NCBI GenBank assembly: GCA_012295275.1
Contig: CM022665.1
Span: 29,450,001-29,514,000, forward strand
Source of the DNA: Chrysomallon squamiferum
Taxonomy: Eukaryota > Animalia > Mollusca
Reading direction: 5' to 3'
DNA length: 64,000 nucleotides
Part shown: one piece after another, positions 50,601-63,179 of the stretch
How the letters are laid out: each line of letters opens with the position of its first letter
Numbering within the stretch: the first letter of the stretch is position 1
Notes under the pieces: model-generated
The model's database searches: none
Seen by the model: the letters and a program-made list of their open reading frames with translations, nothing else
What the model was told of the DNA's origin: nothing
Position numbers and translations under genes: made by a program

Positions 50601-51301
50601 ATTAGCATTGATTATCTATTTCTTCATAACACTCAAATTATTAGCTGTCATGTTTATATCAGTCTCATGTATCTGTATTTCAGACACCCATTTCTTACTT
50701 ACGAGAATTTAAACTTTGTGATTACTTTTCTGCTTCTAGTTCATTCCTCATTGCCAGAATCTGGCATTTATTGTGTGATAAATATATTTAGAAGTGAAAA
50801 GTAAAATAAATAAAAAATAAATAAATAAATAATGTTTTTCTTTTTTTATGCAGTAGCTGTTACAAATTGAATTACATAACATGTATGTTCATTTTTCAAA
50901 ACATATCAGTGATGACTTGGTTATGTGAGAAATTTTGATTTAATAATAAACATTTCTGTAATTTTCTTTAAAAAGTTGAATTAAATAATAATACTTAAAT
51001 GACCACAATGGCTAACAACTCTTTAAATAATCATAATTTACTCAGCTGTTTTTATTTTGTATTCTATTATTATATTATTAAAATATCACATTCCAAATCA
51101 TTCTGTGTTGTTAAATTTATTATTCTAATTAATCAATACTAACAGGACAAATATAAAATTTATATTAAAATTTTTATGCATAATTTTAATAATAATTGGT
51201 AATAAAAATTATATCCATTCAAATCAAAAAGAATCTTAGAAGGATCTTTGTTAGTTATACAACTTAAATTTTAGAAGTTAAATATGCTTTAAACAGTTTT
51301 C

Positions 51302-51748
51302 AAGATGATTTTAGAATATTTAAATACCACTGTCATCAAAACTGTTCTTAAATGATTAAATAAAAAATTTAGTTTTCCATTAAACTTAACAAAAGCATTG
51401 AAAAATATATATATATTTAATGTATAAACAAATGTAACATTTGAAGAACTGCATGTTTTAAAAATGTAACGTTTGCAAATTACTGATCATACTGTATATT
51501 TGTTGAGTTTACAGCTTAAGATGACTTCAGAATATTCAATTCCACTGTCATAAAAAATGTTTCACATTTCAACATTTTTAAATCATTAATTAAAACATAA
51601 CCAAAAAAAACCCCAAAACAAAACAAAAAATTAATAAAATAAAAAAATAATAATAAAAAAATAAAAACAAACATATCCAGACATTTGAAGAATTGCATGT
51701 TTTAAAAATGTAACATTTGCTAATCATTGGTCATATTGTGTATTTGTG
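51302..51748. repeat. ~220-bp two-copy tandem duplication in the presumed pecanex 3'UTR
   Basis: aagatga..agaatatt..a.t.ccactgtcat and acatttgaagaa.tgcatgttttaaaaatgtaac occur twice (copies start at 51302 and 51518). Confidence 0.8.
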
Positions 51749-51974
51749 GTGTATAATTTGCTTTTTTAAAAATGTATTGCTGTACAATTTTTAGTGTAAT
51801 TCTTGGTTTTGCTGTCCATGTGTACGTTTGCAATTTTATATGATTACTGTGCACATCTGTTAAAGCATAATGTTTGTTTTATAAATGAACTATGTAGATA
51901 ACTGAATATTTTGTATATAATTTGCAGTGCTATGACTAAGTCATGAAAACTTGTGATCAACACATCACTTACTA

Positions 51975-51980
51975 AATAAA
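51975..51980 (+). terminator. Candidate distal poly(A) signal of pecanex
   Basis: AATAAA followed by T-rich sequence at the point where the plus-strand T/GT-rich composition ends; AATAAA is common in this DNA. Confidence 0.35.
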
Positions 51981-54900
51981 TATATTAAAAACAAAGTTTC
52001 AAATCTTCTTTTGTTCATCTAGGTGGTAACCTGCTTAGAGAGGAGAAGGCATTTGGCTTTGTTTTATTTTGTTTTTTTATTATTAATTAAATAAATAACA
52101 AAGCAGTTTGTTTATCTTCTCAAACAAAAACCATCTTTTGTAAGCATTATTCACAATATAAATTTTTTGAATAATCTTTCTCCGTTTTTGAGAAACACCT
52201 TCAAAATGCTGACAAATGGAATTGTAAATTGTGGGCAATTCCACAACTCAAGACATGAAGGAAAAATTAAATTTCACTGTTTTATTGTGCAAAAGGTCAA
52301 AATTTATTGACAGTACTTTGTAAGTAGCAGAAAAACTGAAAATTCTTGACTCATATTTTTTTTTATCATGGTTTTGACATCAACATGTATCACATAATTT
52401 CAAGGCTACAGACTACCCAAAAATAGGAATATTAAATGTCTAAAGTCACCCACACCAAACTGGTTTTTATAATGTCAACAGCATCAGTTTAAAGAATATG
52501 GAAGCTTAAAATATTTTCTGAAAGTAGGTAACAAAAAACTGAATTTAAAGCAGTCTGCTCAGTCAGTTTAACACATCACAAAAGGATCCAAAGGTTATGT
52601 GAGAATAAAGTCTGAAGGGATATAATCAGGTTCTTCTAATTCCTGTTGCACTAGCCAGGGCAGAGTTAAGGAATCTGTCAGTCTTGAAATTATGTGATTT
52701 GCGTTTGAGAGGAAAGCAATTACCACTAGATGACAGATGCAGAATAATTTACCCACAATTCTTCAGTACTTCCTTTGTTCATTTCCTGAGTTATTTTCAA
52801 GAAAAAAAAAAAGAATTGCTTTTGTTTCCACTGAGGATGGTTGCAAAGTCCCCTTCTTTCTAACTCAGTGGGAAAGGGAAACTTGAGAAGAAATTCATCT
52901 GCCTGCAGATCAGCATGCATTCTGACAGGGCAGAAAAGCTAATCCAAGTTAATTATTGGTGAGTTGTTCAGTATGATAATGAACATTTTCCTCAAGAGGT
53001 AAAGCATATTCATCATAGGAATTAGAAAGGCTGGTACTACCAGGAAATGGCCATCCAAAGAGAAAATCTAAATCATGATCAGTGAAAAGTATCCATGGAG
53101 GGGGCAAGTTTCTCCAATTTTAATTAATCATATATATGGATAGAGGGCCATAGTAATCCTAAATACAACAGAAGATAATATAATAAAATCAGGCTGGTCC
53201 TTTCACATCTATTAATTTGAATCAATCAATACCACGTAATATTGTTAATTTAATTTAATTTTTGTTTTTACTTGAATGAAAGGTTTCCAAACCATGGTTT
53301 TCTAAAAATGACACTGCTGCTGATAATCTGGTCTTGTCAGTTACTAGATGAATATTACCTTCAGAATAATTGCAGGTTGCTGCAAGACCAAGGAGACACT
53401 GGTAAATTCTCAGTGGCTTTATTATTTTTAGATGTCTAAAAATTAATTTTAAATCATCAAATCCACATCATGATCTTGATCATAAACTAAAATGCTTTTA
53501 TCACAACAGCAGTGACACTTCTTCCTGTGGACACAACTTCATTTATGTCAGCAGACAAAATGGTACATATGTCACATATAATTATGTAATACATTTTTTT
53601 ACACTTATTTTCAAACCAAATTATAACTGGCAGTCTTCTATATGACAAATACTTATTTGTAGAATTTAAAGATTTCAGACAATTTTGAAATAAAGTTTGC
53701 TGGTTTTTACCCTTGCCCTTTTGATGTAATATCTTCTCATGCGCACATTTCCAATTACCCATCAGCTCACAGTTATTCCTGGACTTTTCTTTTTTTTACT
53801 ATGACTCTTAATCACTGCCAGCTTCCTGGGGTGTACAACTCAAGCAAATCAAACAAATCAAATGACCTCCAACCAATTTGAACCTAACATTTTTCACTGT
53901 TGAATTGCCCGTGTGCAGAAATGATACCTCATCAGCACAGTATTCTGTTCTGGGTTTTTTATCTCCCTGAAATCAACCAATAACTGATTTGCAAACAATT
54001 CTCATTTTATTGACAAAATGATTCAATTTACAATGTAATTTCTCATGAGGTGAGAGAGCACAAAAAAAAAAAAAATAATAATAATAATAAAATAAAAGAA
54101 ATAAATAAAAAAAAAAGAAATAAAAGAAAAAAGAAAAAAATATACAGCTATTCAAAGTTGTTCAAACAAATACTATATATATTTATTTCTCTGAAAACAG
54201 TTTTACAATTACATGTATACTGCATATTTATGTATCTGCCACTATAAATTCTAACATTGTGACATTCCACATAATATACTATTTCCATATGTCCACAGTA
54301 TGTGGCAACAATAACAATATTCACAAATGCTAACAACACTGCAAGATGGGGTATAATGAAATGTGTTGGTATTACAGTCTGGCCACTTACAGGTGTCTTC
54401 AGTTCTTCATAGTACATTTTGTACAACCAATAAAATACCAAACAATTTTAAGTATTCACTGTTCATAGTGAAGTCAATTTATTTATTTATTAATTATTGT
54501 TTTAAATTTGAAAATATGGAAACCAAAATATTCATATAATTTTTTTGAAGTTTAAATTAGCACTGCCTATAACATCAAACAGTATTACGTGAATTTAACT
54601 TAATTTAACTTGTTTACAGTAAGTAGAGAATTGGCCAACCATCTTGAATATTGATCAAAGAATATACATTACATGTACACAATTTAGTAAAGTGTAAATG
54701 ACTCAAAATGCCTGGATTAAAAATATACAAGTGAACCTGCCAGTAACAATCACTTATCTCATTCTGTAGCATTTATACATGAAACTGATTTTTGTTTTAA
54801 ATAGAAAATAAGCATTAATTGTTTTTTATATATATATACTCTTTTTTTCACACTAACAAAAAGGTATTAGTGTACATAATTCACATAATCAAATCGTGCA

Positions 54901-57635
54901 AAAAATAATAGTAATAATTAAAAATTAAATCTACCAGTAGCTAATATAGTGCCTATTGGAGACGTAAAAATAATAACAAATAATAATAAAACAGAAAGCT
55001 GAAGGAAAACATCACACTAACATTTCTAGCACTAAGCTAATTAGTCATAAAGCAAAGGAAACATCGTTATATATAATATCCATATGATTTACATACAATC
55101 CCTCAAAAAGGGAAAATGTCTTCTTAGATATATTAGGTTAATTTATAGTCACTCTGGATGATAATGGAAATGATAATGGTATGACAATGAATAATGTGAA
55201 CATACTGTGTATGTATACGTGCTGACATATTTAGACACTACATTCCACGTCTGTAGATAACGAAGACATGAAAGCTGTAAAAAAGCCCAATAATTTCAAT
55301 ATAAATATCCTAAACAGCCTGTGTTAACAAATTCAGTACATTAATATTGAATTAAAAAAAAAAAATAATAATAATAAAAAATAATAATGAAATAAAATAG
55401 AATATAAAGAAGAAACTTGAAATGCTGGCTCTTTTGAATTACATTAGATTGTTATTAAAATAAATGTTGATAAAAACGGCTATGTTAATATTACCGCAGG
55501 TGGATTCTGTTTCAGTCAACATCACAGGAGTCCTACAAATTAATACAATGCACGAAAAATTCCAGAATTAAAGAGAATCAGTATATAACAAGAACATTAT
55601 TTCTGTTTTTGCACAAAATTTCACACCAGTAAGCAAAAGAAAGTATTATGTATAACAAAACCGCTGGGCTCCTTAATTTCATTCAAATACAGTAAAAATT
55701 TGGATTAATATGGCCAACATACAAATGATTTCTAAACATTAATGTCAGTATTCCAAAATAAAATATAAATAAAAAATAAAATCACTTAGTATTATGTAAG
55801 AAAAAACAAAACAAACAAAAAAAAATCTTCCTGAATGTTAATAATTCTTAAGATAATTTTCACACAAAGGAGATTTGGGCAAAGTGAAAAGAAAACTGAA
55901 AACATTCCCTACCTTAGATGAAGTTAAAAGTTTACTGGTTACAACTAAATATTCATAAACTGAAGCATTAACACATTTTTTTATTATTATTATTTTATGG
56001 AACCAAATGTCTCTTTAACAATACAATCTCAACAAGTCTTAATCCTGGACCTTTTTTCAATTACTTCACTATATATGTAGTTAACAACTATCATTACATA
56101 AATATGTTTTAATTGTTACAAATTTACATCTTTAAATTTAAAAACTATCAATTTGGAATAACAGAGATACTGCCTTTAAAGTGTTAATTTCTAAATCAAC
56201 AGGATTATTAGATGAATAATAATTACAATATTTACTTGCCTAAACAACCTCTCTTCTAAATATGAACGGCTAGCCATGACTGGTCTTGAAATCAATACCA
56301 AACGGTAATTAATATAATCTCTGCCATGAATTCTGACAATCAGAATATCCAGTAAATTTGATACACACACATTGATCTATTCACATTAGTCATGGTATTA
56401 AATAATCAAATTCCAACACGTCCTTACCAATGATTACTTTATCTGAATTGATGTGATGAATTATAACAATATCAGAAATTAAAAGCTGACCATTATCAAT
56501 GTGCAATTATAAAATAAAATATACACTGTAATTTTGTTTAAAACAATTTCTGTAACAAATCTAGTTATGCAGTTGACATTCGTTTTAAAAAGCCTGTCAT
56601 TTTTCTTTCTCAGAAGTCATACTTTACGTTCACCAGCGTTTGTCGTATCTAATTTAGTTTGTAGAAAATCACAAGTACAACAAACAGTATTAAACATGAT
56701 AATGTAGAAATGAAGCATGCACCACACAAATCAAAACATCTTATTGAATGACAGCATGCACACTTGTAACTAACCTGAAGTAACTGTCCTCTTTTTTTAT
56801 TTTTTCTTCTTTTTTTTTAAATTTCTAGGCTAACACAATAAGCAATGAAAATGTAAGAAGACAGTATCACTAGATATATAGGTACAAATTAATACACTGG
56901 TTTTCTTACATCAAAATATTACTGGAAGTATGTTCACACGATTATTATCAGACAAAAAAAGTACTGGTAAGAAATTTTCGGTCTCTTCGGTTGCAACCCT
57001 GTAAGGTTAATAGTGAAATGTAATAAAATGATCAAATTCAAGCATCAGTGTAGTAAATCTAGAATATTTACAAACAAAACTGACAAAAGTATAGCAATAT
57101 ATTTTACTTGTTTGTTAACATAACAGAATATTTATCATCACCAAGTATCAAGATAAAATGATTTATCTTGCTCTAGTAACCAACAACTGAATGTACAAAC
57201 TGATCAGAGAAATGACCATAAATCTTACTAGGTTTTAACCACCCTTTTATGTGTACCTAATTATGTAACGTTATTCATAAATATTTTTGAAAAAAACCTG
57301 TTTTAAATACAGCTTTGAAAAGTGTAAACAAACCATTAAATTAAAAATATATAAATAAGCATCAACAATGAAGTAAAAATTGTATAGCTTTATTTTAAGT
57401 AATTGCAACTAGAAAACAAATAATGGTAAAGATTTAGAATGATTTACTCATAAAAAATGTAAAGAGGTTTTTTAAAATATTTTTTGTAAAGATGAATAGG
57501 CAGCAAAAATTAATACTTTACTCCAGCTTTTCAGTATTCATTCTCAGTAAAATGAGCAAAATAATGCTATCTGAAAATGTGTAAGGAAATATAAAATTAT
57601 TAAGTGTTTGTATTACATGTGTATGCGTATGTATG

Positions 57636-57640
57636 TGTTT

Positions 57641-57693
<53 letters not shown>

Positions 57694-57694
57694 C

Positions 57695-57745
<51 letters not shown>

Positions 57746-57771
57746 CATACATACATACATACATACATACA
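57636..57771. repeat. Compound microsatellite (TG)n(TA)n(CATA)n
   Basis: Read directly from the sequence. Confidence 0.95.
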
Positions 57772-58026
57772 CTTTCTAGAAAATTATACTGAATGTAAAA
57801 AAGGGTACGAGGGAATTTACTTTAATAATAACATTTTATACCATGTAAAACAATGCTACAGTAGAAGCTCTTGTAAGAATATGTTCTGGTATAACAAATT
57901 TTCCAGAGCAACTATTTGTGCAAGAGATTTTACATGACAAGAATTTTTTTTTTTAAAAGCAATGATTATACACGCGATGATGATGGTAACATGTTCACTG
58001 ACGACTGTCTCAAATGCATCAGTGTG

Positions 58027-58041
58027 CTAGGGCATGTCTTC
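58027..58041 (-). CDS. PPM1A: PPM1A/B proximal terminal coding exon (EDMP*)
   Basis: Long T tract, then gcag|GAA GAC ATG CCC TAG. Confidence 0.7.
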   Translation of the reverse strand, partial: EDMP

Positions 58042-61000
58042 CTGCAAAAAAAAAAAAAAAAAAAAAATTACTAGTAGTAGTAGTAGTAATAATAATAAAT
58101 AATCACAGGACCAATACACCCTAAAAATAACAAAAATATATCTTCTGATATACTCACGAAGTACAAAGATGTATATTTATATAAAGAAATACATATTAAC
58201 ATCAATGGTACATTAAACGGTTTTTTTTTTTTTTTAAATTGACAGGCCTAAACACACAAACAAAATTAATAAAAATAAAAGTCTGAACAAAATAAAATGT
58301 TTACCTCCTGCTCCTCTTGAGGTCGCAGTGTATTATAAATATGTTCTATGAATCCTTTCCTAAATGAAGTAAATAAAGTATATATATATATGCATCTATC
58401 ATTAACAATGCACAAGATCAACTTCATTATTTTTCTTTATCTGGTGTACAAACATTTTACACTTTTTTTCAAGAATGACCTATTCACACACAATCGAACA
58501 AGATGATAATATAATTAAGCAATGTAGTTTTTCGTGCTTTTCATTTTAATGATTATACATGTTCATTCAAAACTCTGTTAGCTATATATATATATAAATC
58601 ATTTCAAATGGTATGTTAACTATCAAATTTAAATATTACATTTTTCTGTATAGAATTTCTTTTACCATTGCTTCTTTTTTTTTTTATAGTGGTGCACACA
58701 GCAAACAACAACACTTATTAACACCATACAGAATATGAAGGTGATGTCTAATACATTTACACATTACACTATTTTGTGTGCAACACATCACAGAAAGGTT
58801 TAAAGACAGACAACAAGAGGTTAGGTTTGGCTGAAATGCAAATCCACTGATGTGACAAAACTGTTAGCTACTTATCCCCTTAATGGCCTTCCAAACCTAA
58901 AACTTACTTTGAAGCAATACCCCCACCTGGAGGATAGAGAGCTTCGAACTCGTTTGATAAGATATGCATCACATACTGAAGGTCTTGATTATCTGGGGAC
59001 TCTTTTAAAAGAATTTCTGGAAAGAGAAAAATTTGGATTAAGGCACAAAGTGAGCAGTCTTGCTCAATACATAAAATGTGTGTTAAAAAACCAACAGATT
59101 GTTTTGGGGCTATTTTTGGTTTCTTTGTTGCTGTTGAGTTTTTTCCCAATCAATTTTTATTTTTGTCATACAACACAAAGTCTGTTTTCATTACCTTTCC
59201 TGATCTAATACAAAAAAAAGTAATGATTACATATATGCTTGTCATCACAAGAGATAGTAATTAATTTATTTAGTAAACATTTACTTATAAATGTGGGTAA
59301 ATAAAACAATTTAAATGTTTGGCATCCTGGTTAATACACTGCTATATTTACATTTCAATTTATAAACTACCTGAATCCTGAATTAAAAAACACACACAGT
59401 AATAAATAAATAAATTGGAAAAAAATGAATAATATATACATATAGGTATTACATGGAAAAAAACAAAAAACATTTCTCTAGATAGATCTATTGATAAATC
59501 ACAACAAAAATTAAATTGTTTAAATAACTATAGCAATAACAACTGTAAGCAACATTATGGAAGCAACTGTGTGAAACTAGAGATGAACAGAAAGAAGGGT
59601 TTCAGCAGTGTTCTCTCACAAAATAAACTGAATATATACACAATCACACACATATAATTAATTAAAATTATCTTAGGAAGTCTGTTGTCAAAACAATATA
59701 AAAATTCAATAATTATTTATAAGTATAAAAAAGAAAAGTATTTTTAAAAAAATGGGGTAAAAAACAATCAACAAAAGCATACCAACACAATGTAGTTTTA
59801 ATTGAATTATTTAGGGATTTCTTTTTACTTGAAAATGCTCTCGGAATCATTCAGTAAAATTTGTTCTACATAAGAGGAGAGAGAATACTGCATCAGTAAA
59901 ATGAAAACAGCACCATTTTACAAACACTGAAACTTTAACCCATACAACACCTTTAATTTTTGCTTCTATTTTATCTTCCAATTCTTTTTCTTTTTTGACA
60001 GCATTTTCATCAACTTTTGGTGCACCTTCGAATGCAATAATTACTATACTCATGTTGTCTCTGCTACCCTATAAAAAAAAAAAAAATGTACATAAAACAT
60101 AAAATAAACCTGCCAGGAAACAACCCCTAGTCAAAATCAGAAATTAATAGCAAATAAGTAACAATAGCAGAAGTATGTTTCTGTGTCAGTGCAGCTAAAG
60201 ACATACATATGATAAGAAAAAAATTAGAAAGTTTTTTTTTTTCCCCTGGATTTTCTATTTAATCTGAACCTTTCAAATTGAAAAATAAGGAGCACTTTTA
60301 TTCTTTATTTTCTAAATTATTATATCCCAGGTAAAGACTGACTGCAGTTTAGACAGTGACCAGGACTAACCTTGTACAAACAAGTATCTACAACTTGGTT
60401 GCTAACTTGCTCCAGGCTGTTTGACACCTGCATCCTACTTATCACAAAAGAGCAGAGTTCATCGTTTGTCATTACATCCCAGATTCCGTCACATGCCAAG
60501 ACAAGAAACTGATCTTCTGGGGTCCGATCCTGAACATAAATCTCTGGCTCTGGAGAAACAAGCTGTTCGCAGGGCCCTTTGCCTTCAACATTTTTGTACT
60601 CAAAATCCCCAAGTGCCCGAGATACAGCAAGTGAGCCATTAACTCTTTGAATCATAACACTTCCTCCAGCATTCTGAATTCGCTCTTTCTCTGTGGGATT
60701 AACTGGTTTGTGATCTTGTGTTGCAAATGAACACTTACCACCACGGCACAAAGCTGCCCTAGAATCTCCGCAATTTGCAAAAAACACATGCTCAGGTGAA
60801 ACAATTGCACAAACAGCAGTTGATCCACTTTTGTCCTCACCACTTAACATTTCTGGCATGTTACGCATCATCTGGTCTAGTTGAAGAAATCCGGTTTTTA
60901 TTCCTTTTTTAACTTCTTCCAGTGATGGCTGAATTTCAGTTCCTTCCTGGATGTCCAGCTTTCCTTTAAAATCTTCATTAGCAATGATGTGTTCAAGCAA

Positions 61001-61222
61001 CTGCTCTGCACAGAAGGCAGAAACTTTGGCACCAGCATGTCCATCAAAGACAGCAAAAAATGACCAGTCCTTCATGCCATACGGAAGCCCAATGACAGCA
61101 GTGTGGGCATCCTCCATTTCCACTCGCCAACCCTGCATACTACACAGTCCATAGCGAAGACCATTGCCAAATCCACCTTCATTGTGTTTTTCAGTCTTTG
61201 GTTTATCTAGAAAAGCTCCCAT
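58027..61222 (-). CDS. PPM1A: Protein phosphatase 1A/1B (PP2C alpha/beta), 382-aa form
   Basis: Exons 61222-60371, 60068-59951, 59016-58908, 58359-58305 and 58041-58027 (1149 nt). [15 protein letters not shown]-terminus (known myristoylation site in PPM1A/B), [48 protein letters not shown] and PPGGG. Confidence 0.95.
58305..58359 (-). CDS. PPM1A: PPM1A/B coding exon 4
   Basis: [18 protein letters not shown] (compare KRNVIEAVYNRLNP). Confidence 0.9.
58908..59016 (-). CDS. PPM1A: PPM1A/B coding exon 3
   Basis: [12 protein letters not shown]...PPGGGIAS. Confidence 0.92.
59951..60068 (-). CDS. PPM1A: PPM1A/B coding exon 2
   Basis: [31 protein letters not shown]. Confidence 0.95.
60371..61222 (-). 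CDS. PPM1A: PPM1A/B first coding exon
   Basis: Acceptor 8 nt upstream of the ATG; ends CLYK|GTTAGT. Confidence 0.96.
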
Positions 61223-62382
61223 TTTCTCTTCTGAAAATAAAGTAGAAAATAATTTTTCAAATAAAAAAAATGTTTCATTTAATGACAATAGATTTTAACC
61301 TTCATCTATAAAAACAACAAATGCCATTAAAGACAATATAGATAAGGAGGAAAGAAATGTGTAGATGCCATGTAATGGGGTATTCTTTTCAAATTAGAAG
61401 TGAAAAACCTTTTATATGCACATTTCAAACAGAAGCAAACATATACTAGTTAATAAACCAACTGTGTATCTCAAGTTGGGGTTTTAAATATCAATATGGA
61501 TACCTCAACAACTGATCTGGTTACTTCTTATACCAGTTTTGGTGCAGAACCCTGCTGCACAATACCAGTGTTTTTAATTATGTGTATGTGTGAACCAAAT
61601 AATTAAAAATGTTAACTTTCTTCTGTACAAGTTATCTTAAGCAAACATTTCCTTCAAAGCAGAGACACGAAGGTAACTTAATATTTATCAAATTTACATG
61701 GAAGTTAATGACATTGCTACAGTCTGTAGCTATATTGTAGTCAGTAACTAATCAAAACAATATTTATCTGAATAACTTGTACCTTAAAAAAACTCACCAC
61801 CTCTTCACATTTGGCTTTCTCATTCTGTTAAGTATCATGCAATTACCCAATATTGGCTGTGCCCTTCAGTGAGTTGTGATTTATGGGAAGAGCACTGGGA
61901 CAAATATGGTACTTACATTTGGTAACATGGTCAAATCTGAACATGTATTTTGACTTTTCATAATATTAGAATGATATAATACTATTTTGAAATCTGAATT
62001 TAGTTTTTTCCAGTTTACAAATCTTTGGTTCACTTAATTCTCCAAACTCAAAATGATCTAATATGACTTTAAGAAATTATTACTGTCATTAGTTATGTTC
62101 ATAAAATGAACACTGTTCTCCTCAATATCTAACAAATTTTAATTAAATAACCACATACATTTATTTTCCTTTATTATTAATAACATTACACAGACATCTG
62201 GGGGTTTATCAAAACATAACCTAACATATTCAAAAACATTTAACACTTACACATTTTGTTGTAAACAATATAAAATAAAATTTACATTTAGAGGGGGGTG
62301 TGAAAAAAATAGTTTGATGCTCTAATGATATTCAAAATAAATTGTTTTCTTATTCAAAAACAATTACTAAAGACTGAATAGA

Positions 62383-63179
62383 CAGGGTTCGTACACCTTG
62401 GGCTGTCAGAATTTCCATAACTTTCCAAAACTTTCCATAGCCCACAGATCCAAATTTCCAAAACCATTTTCAAGCAACCTCAATCACAATAAAATGGGTT
62501 TTGAAGTTTTCAGACATGTTTGTTAGACTTAAAACTTTTATCGCATGGTATACATGTAGGATTACTATATAAAAACAGTAAAGTAATTTATTTTGGTGTT
62601 TCAAAATGCAGTTTTATTCTTAGAGTGGACATGAAGATAATGATATGAAAGGCAGATTGCCAGAAATATGAATACAGAAGTATTGCTTCATAAAAAGTTG
62701 TCATGTTCCTTTCTTCTTATTTAATTAATAACCCATGCCTTTAAAATGCTCAAAATCCTACTCCTTATGAATTTGTGGTCTGACTGTTGGACTGTTATTT
62801 CAAAATTTATGACCTCAATTTCAACACTTTTTATGCTATAACAATCTTCATGAACTATTAGTTAGTCATTTTCATTGGCTAGGCTATACCTCACTTGTGA
62901 CAATAGCTTGAGTTAATATTTCAGGATCAGGATAAAACAGAACCACTACCAAAATGGAACCATTTTCTTCGGCTCATTATATTGGCTAAAACAAGGCGTT
63001 GGGTTGGGGCTAAATCCTGGTGAAAAAAAACAACATTTTATTTACAGCAAGGACATAAATTTCCATAACTTTTCCACAGCCATGGTAATAAAACCCGATT
63101 TTCCAAAATATTTATGGTCCTGGAAAACTGATGAATTTCCTAAATTTTCCAACACTTTCCAAAACATGTACGAACCCTG
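62383..63179. mobile_element. ~800-bp MITE / non-autonomous hAT-like DNA transposon in the PPM1A 5' intron
   Basis: Perfect 13-bp TIRs cagggttcgtaca / tgtacgaaccctg; clustered subterminal TTTCC repeats at both ends; flanks aataga / aatata. Confidence 0.85.

Noticed and set aside
55908-55935. Recursive AG|GT splice site on the minus strand (ttcatctaag|gtaggg)
   Set aside because: Introns here are far too short for recursive splicing, and a single motif match is expected by chance.
57518-57937. ORFs of 62-109 aa
   Set aside because: Translations of a compound microsatellite (YIYI, HTHT, CVCV).
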